The position numbers were made by a program, and so were the translations under genes. The notes beneath the pieces were generated by a model. It saw only the letters and a list, made by a program, of their open reading frames with translations, was not told the DNA's origin and made no database searches. From positions 1 to 48,247 of the forward strand of contig JBPOGH010000026.1 of the NCBI GenBank assembly GCA_051252135.1: 48,247 nt of DNA, read 5' to 3'. This document shows positions 18,592-31,347 of this stretch, piece after piece; the stretch's first letter is position 1, and every line of letters starts with the position of its first letter. This stretch comes from Verrucomicrobiaceae bacterium (GTDB lineage Bacteria > Verrucomicrobiota > Verrucomicrobiia > Verrucomicrobiales > Akkermansiaceae).

Positions 18592-18627
18592 ACTCTCCGG
18601 CCGCCTCGGCAGCCGGGGAGTTTTTTT
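18592..18627 (+). terminator. Intrinsic terminator
   Basis: ACTCTCCGGC...GCCGGGGAGT stem running into a T7 tract. Confidence 0.8.
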
Positions 18628-18717
18628 GTCCCCATCCCGCCTTCCTTGTGAATCTGGACCCTCCTCTGAAATACCATCATTGAACCCCCGTATAAAAATC
18701 TCCACACTCCTTCTCAT

Positions 18718-21456
18718 ATGAAACGGCCCGCGCTCCTTGTCGCCCTCCTCACCCTCCTCGGCTTCATCGCCATCCCGCTTCTCGCAAACATCCAAAAAAA
18801 CGGATCCGCCCGCAAAGCCCCGCCCAAGGACTGGATGGACAAAGGATGGGAATTCAAAAATGACGTCCTCCTCAACCACTTCGCTCCCACCCCCGAAGAA
18901 CTCGCCCTCATCGAACAGGCCACCCCTGACAAAGCCACCGCCAAGCCCAAAAAGGATCGACGCATCCTCCTCTTCTACCGCTGCAGCTGGGCCCACTCCT
19001 CCATCGCCACCGGAATCGCCGCTTTCCAAAAAATCGGCGCAAAAACCGGGGCCTACTCCATCGACGTCACCGCCGACCCCGCCCAATTCAACACCGCCAA
19101 TCTCGGCAAATACGACGCCATCCTCCTCAACAACTCCGCGGACTTCGACACCTTCCTCACCGACGAGCAACGCACCGCCTTCCTCGACTTCGTCAAATCC
19201 GGCAAAGGCCTCATCGGCATCCACGCCGCCTCCGATTCCTGCAAACAATGGGACCCCGGCGCCAAGGTCGTCGGCGGCGTCTTCGGCTCCCACCCCTGGA
19301 CCGCCGGCGGAACCTGGGCCTTCCAGGTCGAATCCCCCCTCCACCCCCTCAACGCCGCCTGGGACGGAAAAGGCGACTTCATCCGCGATGAAATCTACCA
19401 CTACCGCGAGGGCACCTTCTCCCGCAAACGCTCCCGCGTCCTCCTCAGCGCCGACATGTCCAAACAACGGAACTTCGACGGCAAGGGCATGGCCCATCAA
19501 CAGCGCGATCAGGTCAAGGCAGAGGGCGACTACCCCATCGCCTGGATTCACGAGGTCGGACAGGGCCGCGTCTTCTACACCAACCTCGGTCACAACAACA
19601 CCACCTACTGGAACCCCAAAGTCCTCCGGCACTACCTCGATGGCATCCAATACGCCCTCGGCGACCTCCCCGCTGATGCCACCCCGTCCGCCGAACTAAA
19701 AGACATCCTCGTTAAAAAAGCTCCCGCGAAAAAAATCGTCTTCCTCGCCGGCAGCAAAAGCCACGCCTCCGGTGACCACGAATTCCGCGCCGGCTCCATC
19801 CTCCTCGCCAACCGCCTCAACCAACAAACCGACCTCCCCATCCAGGCCCAGGTCATCTCCGGCTGGCCCAAGGACGACTCCATCCTCGATGACGCCGCCG
19901 CCATCGTCATCTACTGCGATTCCGACTCCGTCCACCGCAACCAATACGAACGCCTCATGGAACTCTCCAACAAGGGCACCGGACTCTTCTTCATGCACTA
20001 CGGCGTTCACCCCAAAAAACCAGAAGACGGACGCAACTACTACCTCCCCACCGTCGGCGGATTCATGGAATCCGGCTTCTCCGTCAACCCCATCTGGGCG
20101 GCCGACTTCACCGTCAAAAAAGACCACCCCGTCTCACGCGGTTGCGACAAGCCCATCAACGCCATCGATGAATTCTACTACAACATGCGCTTTGATGACA
20201 ACGCCATCCACCTCCTCACCGGCGTTCCCACCGAGGACAACTTCATCCAAACCAACCTCTGGAATAAGCACGGCTCCGATGGCTTCAACAAACCCCAAAC
20301 CGTCATGTGGGGATTTGAAAAGCCCGATGGCACCCGCGGCGGCGGCTACACCGGTGGCCACTACCATCGCAACTGGGCCATCGATGACCTCCGCAAGGCC
20401 GTCCTCAACACCATCGTCTGGATCGCCGGACTCGAGGTCCCCGAATCAGGCGTCCGGTCGGACACCCCCAACGAGAACGAGCTCAACGCCAACCTCGATC
20501 AAAAACCAAACATGACGCGCATCAAACTCCCGCTTAAAAAAGCCATGGACTACCGTCAGGAAATCCTCGACGCCCGCGCCGCCGGCAGGAAAAAGCAGGA
20601 AGCCGAGAAAAAGAAAAAGGCCGAAGAGAAAAAAAAAGCCGAAGAGAAAAAACGCGAAGCTGAAAAGATCACCTGGCGCCCCCTCCTCGATCAGGACCTC
20701 TCCCACTGGGACATCTACGTCGGCGTCCCCCACAAGACCGTTCAAGTCCCCGGACAACCCGCCTCCCAAAGCGAAGATGGCACCAAAGGAGCCGCCCCCC
20801 TCGGCCTCAACAACGACCCCCTCAACATCTTCTCCATGATCAAGGAAGACGGCCACGATGTCCTCAAAATCACCGGCCAAATCTACGCCGGACTCACCAC
20901 CAAGGAGGAATTCGAAAACTACCACCTCTCACTCCAATACAAGTGGGGTGACAAAAAATGGGAGCCCCGCCTCCAGCGCCTCCGCGACTCCGGCATCCTC
21001 CTCCACTGCGTCGGAAAACACGGAGCATTCTGGAACGTCTGGAAACGCTCACTCGAGTGCCAGGTTCAGGAGACCGACACCGGAGACTTCATCGCCCTCG
21101 CCGGAACGGAGGCAGACATCGCCGTCTCCAAAGTCGATGGCCGCACCACCTGGGACCCCAAGGCCAAACTCACCACCAACCCCGGCTACACCGATCACGG
21201 CCCCTCCACCGAACGTCCTCACGGCGAGTGGAACACCGTCGATATCTACACCGTCGGTGACAAAATGATCTTCGCCGTCAACGGACAGGTCAACATGGTC
21301 CTCCACAACACCCGCCAAAAAACCGCCCACGGACCCGCCCCCCTCACCAAAGGCCAAATCCAAATCCAGTCGGAAGCCGCCGAGGCCTACTACCGCGACA
21401 TCAAAATCCGCCCCCTCAAGGAATTCCCCTCCGGCCTCTCCAAGTTCGTCAAATAA
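18718..21456 (+). CDS. Secreted fusion of two ThuA-like domains and a DUF1080 (3-keto-disaccharide hydrolase-like) domain
   Basis: GKGLIGIHAASD, DEIY, GRVFYTNLGH; SHASGDHEF, DEFYY, GYTGGHYH; FENYHLSLQYKWG, DSGIL, ECQVQ, GEWN, IQIQSE. Confidence 0.9.
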   Translation: MKRPALLVALLTLLGFIAIPLLANIQKNGSARKAPPKDWMDKGWEFKNDVLLNHFAPTPEELALIEQATPDKATAKPKKDRRILLFYRCSWAHSSIATGIAAFQKIGAKTGAYSIDVTADPAQFNTANLGKYDAILLNNSADFDTFLTDEQRTAFLDFVKSGKGLIGIHAASDSCKQWDPGAKVVGGVFGSHPWTAGGTWAFQVESPLHPLNAAWDGKGDFIRDEIYHYREGTFSRKRSRVLLSADMSKQRNFDGKGMAHQQRDQVKAEGDYPIAWIHEVGQGRVFYTNLGHNNTTYWNPKVLRHYLDGIQYALGDLPADATPSAELKDILVKKAPAKKIVFLAGSKSHASGDHEFRAGSILLANRLNQQTDLPIQAQVISGWPKDDSILDDAAAIVIYCDSDSVHRNQYERLMELSNKGTGLFFMHYGVHPKKPEDGRNYYLPTVGGFMESGFSVNPIWAADFTVKKDHPVSRGCDKPINAIDEFYYNMRFDDNAIHLLTGVPTEDNFIQTNLWNKHGSDGFNKPQTVMWGFEKPDGTRGGGYTGGHYHRNWAIDDLRKAVLNTIVWIAGLEVPESGVRSDTPNENELNANLDQKPNMTRIKLPLKKAMDYRQEILDARAAGRKKQEAEKKKKAEEKKKAEEKKREAEKITWRPLLDQDLSHWDIYVGVPHKTVQVPGQPASQSEDGTKGAAPLGLNNDPLNIFSMIKEDGHDVLKITGQIYAGLTTKEEFENYHLSLQYKWGDKKWEPRLQRLRDSGILLHCVGKHGAFWNVWKRSLECQVQETDTGDFIALAGTEADIAVSKVDGRTTWDPKAKLTTNPGYTDHGPSTERPHGEWNTVDIYTVGDKMIFAVNGQVNMVLHNTRQKTAHGPAPLTKGQIQIQSEAAEAYYRDIKIRPLKEFPSGLSKFVK

Positions 21457-21484
21457 CGACCCCAATCTCAAATCCCAACCCTCT

Positions 21485-21515
21485 TCACCCCGGCATTCCA
21501 CCGGGGTGATTTTTT
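21485..21515 (+). terminator. Intrinsic terminator ending 3 nt before the GH95 start codon
   Basis: TCACCCCGG-CATTCCA-CCGGGGTGA-TTTTTT-GCC-ATG. Confidence 0.8.
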
Positions 21516-21518
21516 GCC

Positions 21519-23855
21519 ATGAAACTCCTCCTCACCGCCCTCCTCACCCTTTCCTCCCACGCCGTCACCATCACCAGCAAGGTCCCGGGAAACAACTGGG
21601 AGCAAGCCATGGTCTCCGGAAATGGCAACCAGGGCATCATGGTCCCCGGCAAACCTCAAAAGGAAACCCTCGTCATCAATCACACCAAACTCTGGGTCCC
21701 CGCTCAAAGCGTCACCCCCGATGTCCCCGACCTCTCACCCCACATCCCCCGCGCCCGCAAGCTCGCCATGGAGGGCGACCTCAAGGGCGCCGCCGGCATC
21801 TACTACCACAAGTTCGGCGAAGGAAATGCCGCCAATTTCCCCAAGGAAGACCTCCGCCGCGACGGACCACGCTTCGATCTCAACTACGTCCACCCCGCCG
21901 CCTACCTCAAGATCGATGACGGAGGAAAAGGCACCCCGCGCGACTACTCCCGCACCTGCAATTTCGACACCGGCGAAGTCACCACCACCTGGATCGATGA
22001 CTCCGGCACCCACCGCCGCCAAATCTTCTGCGACCGCGTCAACGACCTCACCGTCATCCGCCTCACCCGCCCGGATGGAAAATTCATCTACGGCTCCATC
22101 CAACTCGCCGAACGCCCCGGCTCAAATCCCAAGGACATTTCTCCACCCGTCATCAAGCACACCTCCAAAACAGCAACCCTCTCCGCGAAATATCTCCACC
22201 GCTGGGGCCGCGATCACCACGATGGCTACCGCACCCACCTCCGCATCTTCTCGGATGGAAAAATGACCCCCTCCGGCGGAAAAATCATCAGCCAGGGCGC
22301 AAAGGAAATCCTCATCCTCCTCCGCACCGACTACCTCGATAACGTCGACCAACCCGAGCCTCTCCCCACCTTCATCGACGTCACTCACGACTACGACTCC
22401 CTCCTCGCTGCCCACGCCAAAATCCACCGCGAGATGTTCCGCCGCGTCACCCTCGACCTCGGCGGCCAACTCGGAGCCGGACGCAGCACCGAAGAAATCA
22501 TCGCCGAAGCCGAACAGAACGGCCCCACCCCCGCTTACCTTGAGCTCATTCACGCCTCCGGCCGTTACTGCCTCATCTCCAGCTCCGGCGACCTCCCGCC
22601 CACCCTCATGGGCATCTGGGGTGACAGCTGGAAACCGATGTGGTGGGGCCACTACACCCTCGACTCCAACCTCCAGCTCGCCGTCTCAAATGGCAATGTC
22701 GGCAACCTCCCCGAAGCCATGGATTCCTTCTTCACCTGGATCGAATCCCTCTACCCCTCCTGGGAACGAAATGCCAAACACCTCCACGCCTCACGCGGCT
22801 ACATGGGAGCCATCGCACACGGCTGGCGTCACGGCATCGCCATCGCCGGATGGCAGGAATGGACCGGCTGCGCCCCCTGGATGGCCACCTTCTTCTGGCA
22901 ACACTACCTCTTCACCGGTGACCAAAAATTCCTCGCCGAGCGCGCCCTCCCCCTCCTCGAAAACGTCGCCCTCTTCTACCAGGACTTCCTCAAGGACATG
23001 GAACAACCCGATGGCAAATTCCTCGTCTTCCCCAGCGTCTCCCCCGAGAACACCCCCGCCAATTTTTCAAAAACCGCCCCCAACTCCTCCTCCGAACTCG
23101 CCCTCATCCGCGAGACCTTCAACGCCCTCATCACCGCCTACGAGACCCTCGGCATCAAGCAGGACCGCATCCCCGCCCTCCAGGCCTTCCTCGCCAAAGT
23201 CCCCGACTACCGCATCAATGACGACGGCGCCCTCGCCGAGTGGTCCCACCCCGGCATCCAGGACAACTACAACCATCGCCACAATTCCCACCTCATCGCC
23301 CTCTACCCCGGCGTCAGCATCACCCCCGACACCCCCGATCTCTACCAGGCCGCCAAGACCGCCATCGCCATGCGCCTCAAGGCCGGCCAGGGAAACAAGT
23401 CCGCCCACGGATACATGGAACTCGGCTTCGCCGGAGCACGCCTCCAATCGCCACAAATCGTCTGGGACATGCTCGATGACTACGCCCGCGAAAAGTTCAT
23501 CAACACCGCCTTCATCTCCTCCCACAATCCCAACCACCGCATCTACAACCTCGACTCCATCCTCGCCCTCCCCGCCATCTTCACCGAGATGTGCCTCTAT
23601 TCCTTCAATGGCGAACTCAATCTCCTCCCCGGCATCCCGGAGGACCAACTCCCAAAAGGCTCCATCAAAGGCATCCTCGCCCGCACCGGCATCGTCATCG
23701 ACGAACTCTCCTGGGACCTCCCCGCCAAAAAAATCACCCTCACCCTCACCAGCAAGACCGATCAATCCGTCAAGCTCACCAGCCGGCTCCCTTGGGTCAA
23801 AGAACGCTCCCTCATCCTCAAATCCGGCCAACAACAGACCTTCGTCATCCAATAA
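21519..23855 (+). CDS. Glycoside hydrolase family 95 (alpha-L-fucosidase / L-galactosidase-like)
   Basis: WEQAMVSGNG, GRYCLISSS, PTLMGIW, YTLDSNLQ, PSVSPEN, GALAEW, HRHNSHLIALYPG, LLPGIP..GSIKGILAR. Confidence 0.92.
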   Translation: MKLLLTALLTLSSHAVTITSKVPGNNWEQAMVSGNGNQGIMVPGKPQKETLVINHTKLWVPAQSVTPDVPDLSPHIPRARKLAMEGDLKGAAGIYYHKFGEGNAANFPKEDLRRDGPRFDLNYVHPAAYLKIDDGGKGTPRDYSRTCNFDTGEVTTTWIDDSGTHRRQIFCDRVNDLTVIRLTRPDGKFIYGSIQLAERPGSNPKDISPPVIKHTSKTATLSAKYLHRWGRDHHDGYRTHLRIFSDGKMTPSGGKIISQGAKEILILLRTDYLDNVDQPEPLPTFIDVTHDYDSLLAAHAKIHREMFRRVTLDLGGQLGAGRSTEEIIAEAEQNGPTPAYLELIHASGRYCLISSSGDLPPTLMGIWGDSWKPMWWGHYTLDSNLQLAVSNGNVGNLPEAMDSFFTWIESLYPSWERNAKHLHASRGYMGAIAHGWRHGIAIAGWQEWTGCAPWMATFFWQHYLFTGDQKFLAERALPLLENVALFYQDFLKDMEQPDGKFLVFPSVSPENTPANFSKTAPNSSSELALIRETFNALITAYETLGIKQDRIPALQAFLAKVPDYRINDDGALAEWSHPGIQDNYNHRHNSHLIALYPGVSITPDTPDLYQAAKTAIAMRLKAGQGNKSAHGYMELGFAGARLQSPQIVWDMLDDYAREKFINTAFISSHNPNHRIYNLDSILALPAIFTEMCLYSFNGELNLLPGIPEDQLPKGSIKGILARTGIVIDELSWDLPAKKITLTLTSKTDQSVKLTSRLPWVKERSLILKSGQQQTFVIQ

Positions 23856-23867
23856 AAGCCGCACCGC

Positions 23868-24293
23868 CTACCGGTTCAGCCACACCAGCGACGCCCCCTG
23901 CGTGTGCCGGTCCCCCACAAACCGACCCCCGTGGCTCTCCGCCCAGTGCTTCAAATAACGCTGCGCCATCGGCCCAATCACCGCCTCCCGCCCCTGCGAC
24001 CCATACCCGTGAATCACCTTCAAACACGAGTGATCATAGTGCACCGCATCCTCCAACGCCCGCTGCAGCTTCTCCCGCGCCACCTCCCACGTCTCACCAT
24101 TGTGAGCAATATCCACCGTCAACACACCCTGCCTCGTCTCACGCCTCGTTTCCACGTGATCACACTTGGGACACGAGCTCTCACCCATCGCCTCAAGCGG
24201 AAAACCACATCCCGGACACTCACGCACAGCTGGAGACAAAATCAGAACCCGCCCCAAGAAAAGCGAAATTCCGGTTCCTCCCACCCATTTCAA
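23868..24293 (-). CDS. Small Smr-domain protein with N-terminal zinc ribbon (start uncertain, probably further downstream)
   Basis: CPGCG..CPKC; VDIAH, LKVIHGYGS, GASLVWL. Confidence 0.85.
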   Translation of the reverse strand: MKWVGGTGISLFLGRVLILSPAVRECPGCGFPLEAMGESSCPKCDHVETRRETRQGVLTVDIAHNGETWEVAREKLQRALEDAVHYDHSCLKVIHGYGSQGREAVIGPMAQRYLKHWAESHGGRFVGDRHTQGASLVWLNR

Positions 24294-24309
24294 ATTCTAC
24301 AATATGTGA

Positions 24310-26211
24310 ATGAGTAAGCTTTGTGTGTTGGCCCTCCTACTGCTATCCGGAAGCGTGAGCATAGCCCAAGGACGTTCCTGGCAGGACGAGGTCATCTACT
24401 TTATGATGGTCGATCGCTTCTACGACGGAGACCCATACAACAACCTTCCCAAAGGCTGTGATCCCGCCACCTACGACCCCAAACAGGAGAATATCGACCT
24501 CTACCACGGCGGCGACTTCCGCGGCATCGAGCTCGCCCTCCAATCCGGCTATTTCAACGATCTCGGCATCACCGCCATCTGGATCACCCCGCCCGTCCGC
24601 AACGTCTGGAAGACCGCCTACGATGAGGGCGACTCCGGCAAGACCGGCTACCACGGCTACTGGACCCAGGACTTCCTCGACGTCGACCCCCACCTCACCT
24701 CTCGCGTCTCCCTCCGTGGCGAGGCCTACTCCAACAACCGCTACGGCCGCCTCGCCCACTACCGCGACCTCGTCAAACTCGCACACGAAAAAGGCATCCG
24801 CATCATTCAGGATGTCGTCTGCAACCACGTCGGCCCCCTCTTCTTCTACGATCAGGATAAAGACGGCACCCACGACACCGACAACAAGGACGAATGGGTC
24901 GCCCCCTTCAAACACGAGGGATTTCACGAAACCGCCAAATGGGGCCACATCCCCAAATGGAACATCTTCAAACCCGAGCCCAGCGAACCCAAGCAGATCT
25001 TCGGCAAAACCATCGCCTGCAACGGCATCCTCGCTGACATCGCCACCTACAGCCGCAAGGGATTCGATAACGAAAGCCTCTCCAAAGCCGACGGCGAGGA
25101 AATCGACTGCGACTTCTTCTCCCTCCGCGACGTCTGGACCAAGGGCGGCAGCGCCCACTTCGATGAACTCGTCGATGAATTCGTCCGCATCTACGCCTTC
25201 TACATCGAGGAGGTCGGCATCGACGGACTCCGCATCGACACCGTCAAGCACGTCCACCACGAGTTCTGGAGCGAGTTCTCCAAACGCCTCCGCGAAAAAG
25301 TCGGCGAAAAAGCCGATGACCTCATCCTCTTCGGCGAGGTCTACGATGGCAACCCCCGCAAGCTCGGCCAATACACCTACCGCCACGATAATCAGGACGT
25401 CGCCCTCGACAGCCTCCTCAACTTCGAAATGTGCTGGTCCGCCCGCAACTACCTCCGCCACGAAAAAACCCACTTCGGCCACGCCGATGGCATCCAGCGC
25501 GCCATGGAAAACCTCCACAGCGGCCCTCCCGGAGAACTCCCCTACTACAACGCCAAACCCGGCCGCGACGGACTCAACTCCCGCCAAAAATCCATCACCT
25601 TCCTCGAGAACCACGATGGCATCAACCGCTTCCGCGTAAAGGGCGTCACCGAAAAACGCAACATCCTCGCCAACGCCCTCGTCCTCACCCTCGAAGGCAT
25701 CCCCTGCCTCTACTACGGCACCGAGGCCAGCCTCATCGATAACCAGGCCACCACCGGCGACAACGCCGAGACCGGCCGCATGACCTTCATCAGGCGCGGC
25801 GATGGCTCCCGCGTCAAACGCGTCCGCTCCACCAAATCCTTCCAGGGCATCAAAAGCCTCATCCAGGCCCGCAAGGACCTCCCCGCCCTCCGCATCGGAG
25901 AAGCCAACACCCTCTGGGTCGACCAACGCCAGGAACCAGCCGACGACGGACTCTTCATCTTCGCCCGCTACATCCCCGGCCAACCCGAAAAAACCGTCAT
26001 CGTCGGATTCAACCTCGGCGATAAGCCGAACCACTTCGACATCGACATCATCGGCCGCAACCAGGAGGACATCCTCCCCCAGGACGCCCAACTCACCAGC
26101 CGACCCATCCTCGGCATCGAGAAAAAAACCGCCCCCGTCAACTGGGGCGAAACCCCCAGAGCCTCCCTCGACTTCCCCAAGGAATCCATGGTCATCTGGA
26201 CCGTCGAGTAA
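24310..26211 (+). CDS. Secreted GH13 alpha-amylase-family enzyme
   Basis: IYFMMVDRFYDGD, GGDFRG, GITAIWITP, YHGYW, DVVCNH, DGLRIDTVKHV, GEVY, FLENHD, GIPCLYYGTE. Confidence 0.95.
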   Translation: MSKLCVLALLLLSGSVSIAQGRSWQDEVIYFMMVDRFYDGDPYNNLPKGCDPATYDPKQENIDLYHGGDFRGIELALQSGYFNDLGITAIWITPPVRNVWKTAYDEGDSGKTGYHGYWTQDFLDVDPHLTSRVSLRGEAYSNNRYGRLAHYRDLVKLAHEKGIRIIQDVVCNHVGPLFFYDQDKDGTHDTDNKDEWVAPFKHEGFHETAKWGHIPKWNIFKPEPSEPKQIFGKTIACNGILADIATYSRKGFDNESLSKADGEEIDCDFFSLRDVWTKGGSAHFDELVDEFVRIYAFYIEEVGIDGLRIDTVKHVHHEFWSEFSKRLREKVGEKADDLILFGEVYDGNPRKLGQYTYRHDNQDVALDSLLNFEMCWSARNYLRHEKTHFGHADGIQRAMENLHSGPPGELPYYNAKPGRDGLNSRQKSITFLENHDGINRFRVKGVTEKRNILANALVLTLEGIPCLYYGTEASLIDNQATTGDNAETGRMTFIRRGDGSRVKRVRSTKSFQGIKSLIQARKDLPALRIGEANTLWVDQRQEPADDGLFIFARYIPGQPEKTVIVGFNLGDKPNHFDIDIIGRNQEDILPQDAQLTSRPILGIEKKTAPVNWGETPRASLDFPKESMVIWTVE

Positions 26212-26214
26212 CCA

Positions 26215-26396
26215 AAAGGCAGGGATGGCTTTCCAAGCCGTCCGGCGGCTTCCACCCCGCTTCCCCCACCATCCCCGAAAATCCGCCTGGGGGTTTTCCA
26301 ACAAGCAACAAAGGCAGGGACGGCTTTCCAAGCCGTCCGGCTGCTTCCACCCCGCTTCCCCCACCACCCCCGAAAATCCGCCTGGGGTTTTTCAAC
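26215..26396. repeat. Two direct copies (95-bp period) of a second REP-like unit
   Basis: AAAGGCAGGGAYGGCTTTCCAAGCCGTCCGG... at 26215 and 26310; hairpin GGACGGCTT-TCC-AAGCCGTCC. Confidence 0.88.
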
Positions 26397-26405
26397 GCTC
26401 TCCAA

Positions 26406-26449
26406 GCCCCAAAGGGGCGAAATAACGTAGCCCCAGGCACCGCCTGGGG
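26406..26449. repeat. Diverged relative of the double-hairpin REP-like unit
   Basis: GCCCC-AAA-GGGGC, 12-nt spacer ending in GTAG, CCCCAGGC-ACC-GCCTGGGG. Confidence 0.7.
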
Positions 26450-26644
26450 TTCTCGATGCCCGGAATCCCAAAGGGCAAGCCCGGCACCCCGATTCCCCAA
26501 ACCACCCACCCGAAGCCCTCCCCCCAAAACCCCGCCCCCCCTTCCACTCCCTCAACGCCCTGGGTTCAACCACCCACTCCTTCCCCCAAACCTCTCTTTT
26601 TCATCGAAATCCCCCCCAAAATGTGGTCTTGAACTCCCCACATC

Positions 26645-29377
<2,733 letters not shown>

Positions 29378-29385
29378 GTCGAGCC

Positions 29386-30102
29386 TCACTCCACTTCCTT
29401 CACCGAACCCAGCACCTGCTCGAACACGGGCAAAGTGTCGTCCCACCGTGAAGGCAGGGACCACTGCAGCACCTGATAGAAATCACTCTCGGTTTCCATC
29501 ACGCCCACCAGATAGGAAATCCGAATCCCTTCGGTCGATCCCGTCAGCACCCGTGATTTCATATTCAACAAACTCCCTTCCAACGGAGTCCACTCACCGG
29601 CTTCCGATCTCTCCAAAGCAACTTCCATCTGATCAAAAATGATCTCTCCATAACCTTCGAGATCCATCTCATCGAAGTCCACCTTCGGCTCACGCAGCAC
29701 GATGAAATACTGCTCGGCCACCATATTTCCATACGTCATTTCCGCCTCATCATTCAGGCCCGGAATCTCTTTCCAGTGCCCCGGAAGCCCCACCGAAATC
29801 AGCCCTTCCGGATCTTCCACCACCTGAATCTCATCCCGATCCTTCACCGCTTCCGCCGCCGCCTTGAATCCCTTGGACGCCATCACAATCGTCCCGATCA
29901 CCATCGCCAACCCGATCAGCGACGTGATCACCAAAATCACAACCCAAAGCGCCCCCTTCTTCTGAATCGTCTTCACCAGCGAAAGAACAAACAGCACCGG
30001 GATCGCGATAAACAATCCGATCGCCAACCCCCCTCCGATCATTTCCCCAAACTTATAAGCGGAACTGGATGTATCGACGGCAAGAGGCAGGAATAAACTC
30101 AT
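29386..30102 (-). CDS. Hypothetical membrane protein (two N-terminal TMs + soluble domain)
   Basis: 238-aa ORF filling the gap; hydrophobic segments at about aa 20-42 and 50-76. Confidence 0.75.
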   Translation of the reverse strand: MSLFLPLAVDTSSSAYKFGEMIGGGLAIGLFIAIPVLFVLSLVKTIQKKGALWVVILVITSLIGLAMVIGTIVMASKGFKAAAEAVKDRDEIQVVEDPEGLISVGLPGHWKEIPGLNDEAEMTYGNMVAEQYFIVLREPKVDFDEMDLEGYGEIIFDQMEVALERSEAGEWTPLEGSLLNMKSRVLTGSTEGIRISYLVGVMETESDFYQVLQWSLPSRWDDTLPVFEQVLGSVKEVE

Positions 30103-30161
30103 CTCCGCCAGCCTGACTTTTTTCAGTTCCCCTTGGCAAGCCTCTCCTTGGAAAACACCAC

Positions 30162-30962
30162 CTATTCCTCCTCACCACCCAGCTTATCCGCAAGAATCTC
30201 CGCACTCTCGCTATCCATCTGCAACACCTCGGAATAGTGCCCCTTGTTCCGCGCAGTCAGCACCTTCGCCGCATCCGGCCAGCGTGACCCGACCGCCTGC
30301 TCCTTCATAAATCCCTCCACCTCAAGCGTCTTCCCGCTCTCCCTCAAATCAATCCCCACCGCTTCCCTCACCTCAAAATCCAATCCCACCACCTTCTCCT
30401 CCGCCACCAACTCCCCCATCCCGTCACCCCGCGCCACCAGGGACCCCACCCGCACCGTCACCTCCCCAATGCGCGAATACCGCGTTGTCACAATCCGCCC
30501 GTCCCCCAACCGGTGCCCCAGGACCACCGTCATCCCCGGCAGGCCCTCCGCCTTCCCCGCATACAACACCACCCCCGTCCCCGCCGCATAAACCATATCC
30601 CCGATCCCCAACACCCCGCCCCCCGCCGAGTTCATCCTCACCCCTCCCGATGTCTTCTCTTCAATCACCGCCAGATCACCCAAGGGATTCGAAAACCCCT
30701 CCGCCAACGGCATCCGGTACCGCTCAATCCCCAAAAACAAATGCAGCCCCGGCTGAAACTCCGCCGTCCAAAACTCCGGCTCCTCCGCCTCCTCATCCAA
30801 CACCATCGGATACCCCGCCACCGCATCCGCCTCCTGCCAGTTCCGCAGCGAGTGCGCGTAATACGTCGGCCACTTGTCCGTCATCAACACCCCGATCACC
30901 AAAAATGCCACCCCCAGCAGAGCCACCCCCCCCACAATCAGCGTCGACTTCTTCACCTTCAT
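30162..30962 (-). CDS. Membrane-anchored M23/LytM-like protein lacking the catalytic His motifs
   Basis: GDMVYAAGTGVVLYAG..GMTVVLGH..VRVGSLVARGDGMG..LDFEVRE; ORF opens at 30998, start chosen at MKVKK+TM. Confidence 0.8.
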   Translation of the reverse strand: MKVKKSTLIVGGVALLGVAFLVIGVLMTDKWPTYYAHSLRNWQEADAVAGYPMVLDEEAEEPEFWTAEFQPGLHLFLGIERYRMPLAEGFSNPLGDLAVIEEKTSGGVRMNSAGGGVLGIGDMVYAAGTGVVLYAGKAEGLPGMTVVLGHRLGDGRIVTTRYSRIGEVTVRVGSLVARGDGMGELVAEEKVVGLDFEVREAVGIDLRESGKTLEVEGFMKEQAVGSRWPDAAKVLTARNKGHYSEVLQMDSESAEILADKLGGEEE

Positions 30963-31104
30963 CCCCTCCACCATCACCCAATCCCCCGCCCCCGACAAGC
31001 CCGGGAATCACCGCACCCCATGCACAGCAAACCACGGAATCTGCGAAGCAAAACCATCCCACCCTCCCCATCATCAACATCGTAAACAACCCATCATAAG
31101 AACC

Positions 31105-31347
31105 ATGCCCATCGAAAAACACGACCTCCTCACCGAATTCCCCGAGCACCGCGACACCATCCACCGGCTCAAAACCAGCGACAACCACTTCGCCCGCCTC
31201 TTCGAGCAATACCACCGGGTCGACAAGGAAGTCCACCGCATCGAGGACAACATCGAAACCCCCTCCGATCAATACACCCACCTCGCCAAAACCAAACGCC
31301 TCGCCCTCAAGGACGAGCTCCACAAGCTCATCCTCGCCGCCGGTTAA
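31105..31347 (+). CDS. YdcH/DUF465-family small protein
   Basis: HDLLTEFPEHRDTIHRLKTSDNHFARLFEQYH..D..RLALKDEL. Confidence 0.88.
   Translation: MPIEKHDLLTEFPEHRDTIHRLKTSDNHFARLFEQYHRVDKEVHRIEDNIETPSDQYTHLAKTKRLALKDELHKLILAAG

Noticed and set aside
24343..26367. 674-aa antisense ORF over the GH13 gene
   Set aside because: Shadow frame: biased sense codons rarely create antisense stops; V/G/E/D-rich with no motifs, and it runs into repeats.
26450..26644. T-box or other leader for alaS
   Set aside because: No T-box consensus or terminator/antiterminator pair seen.
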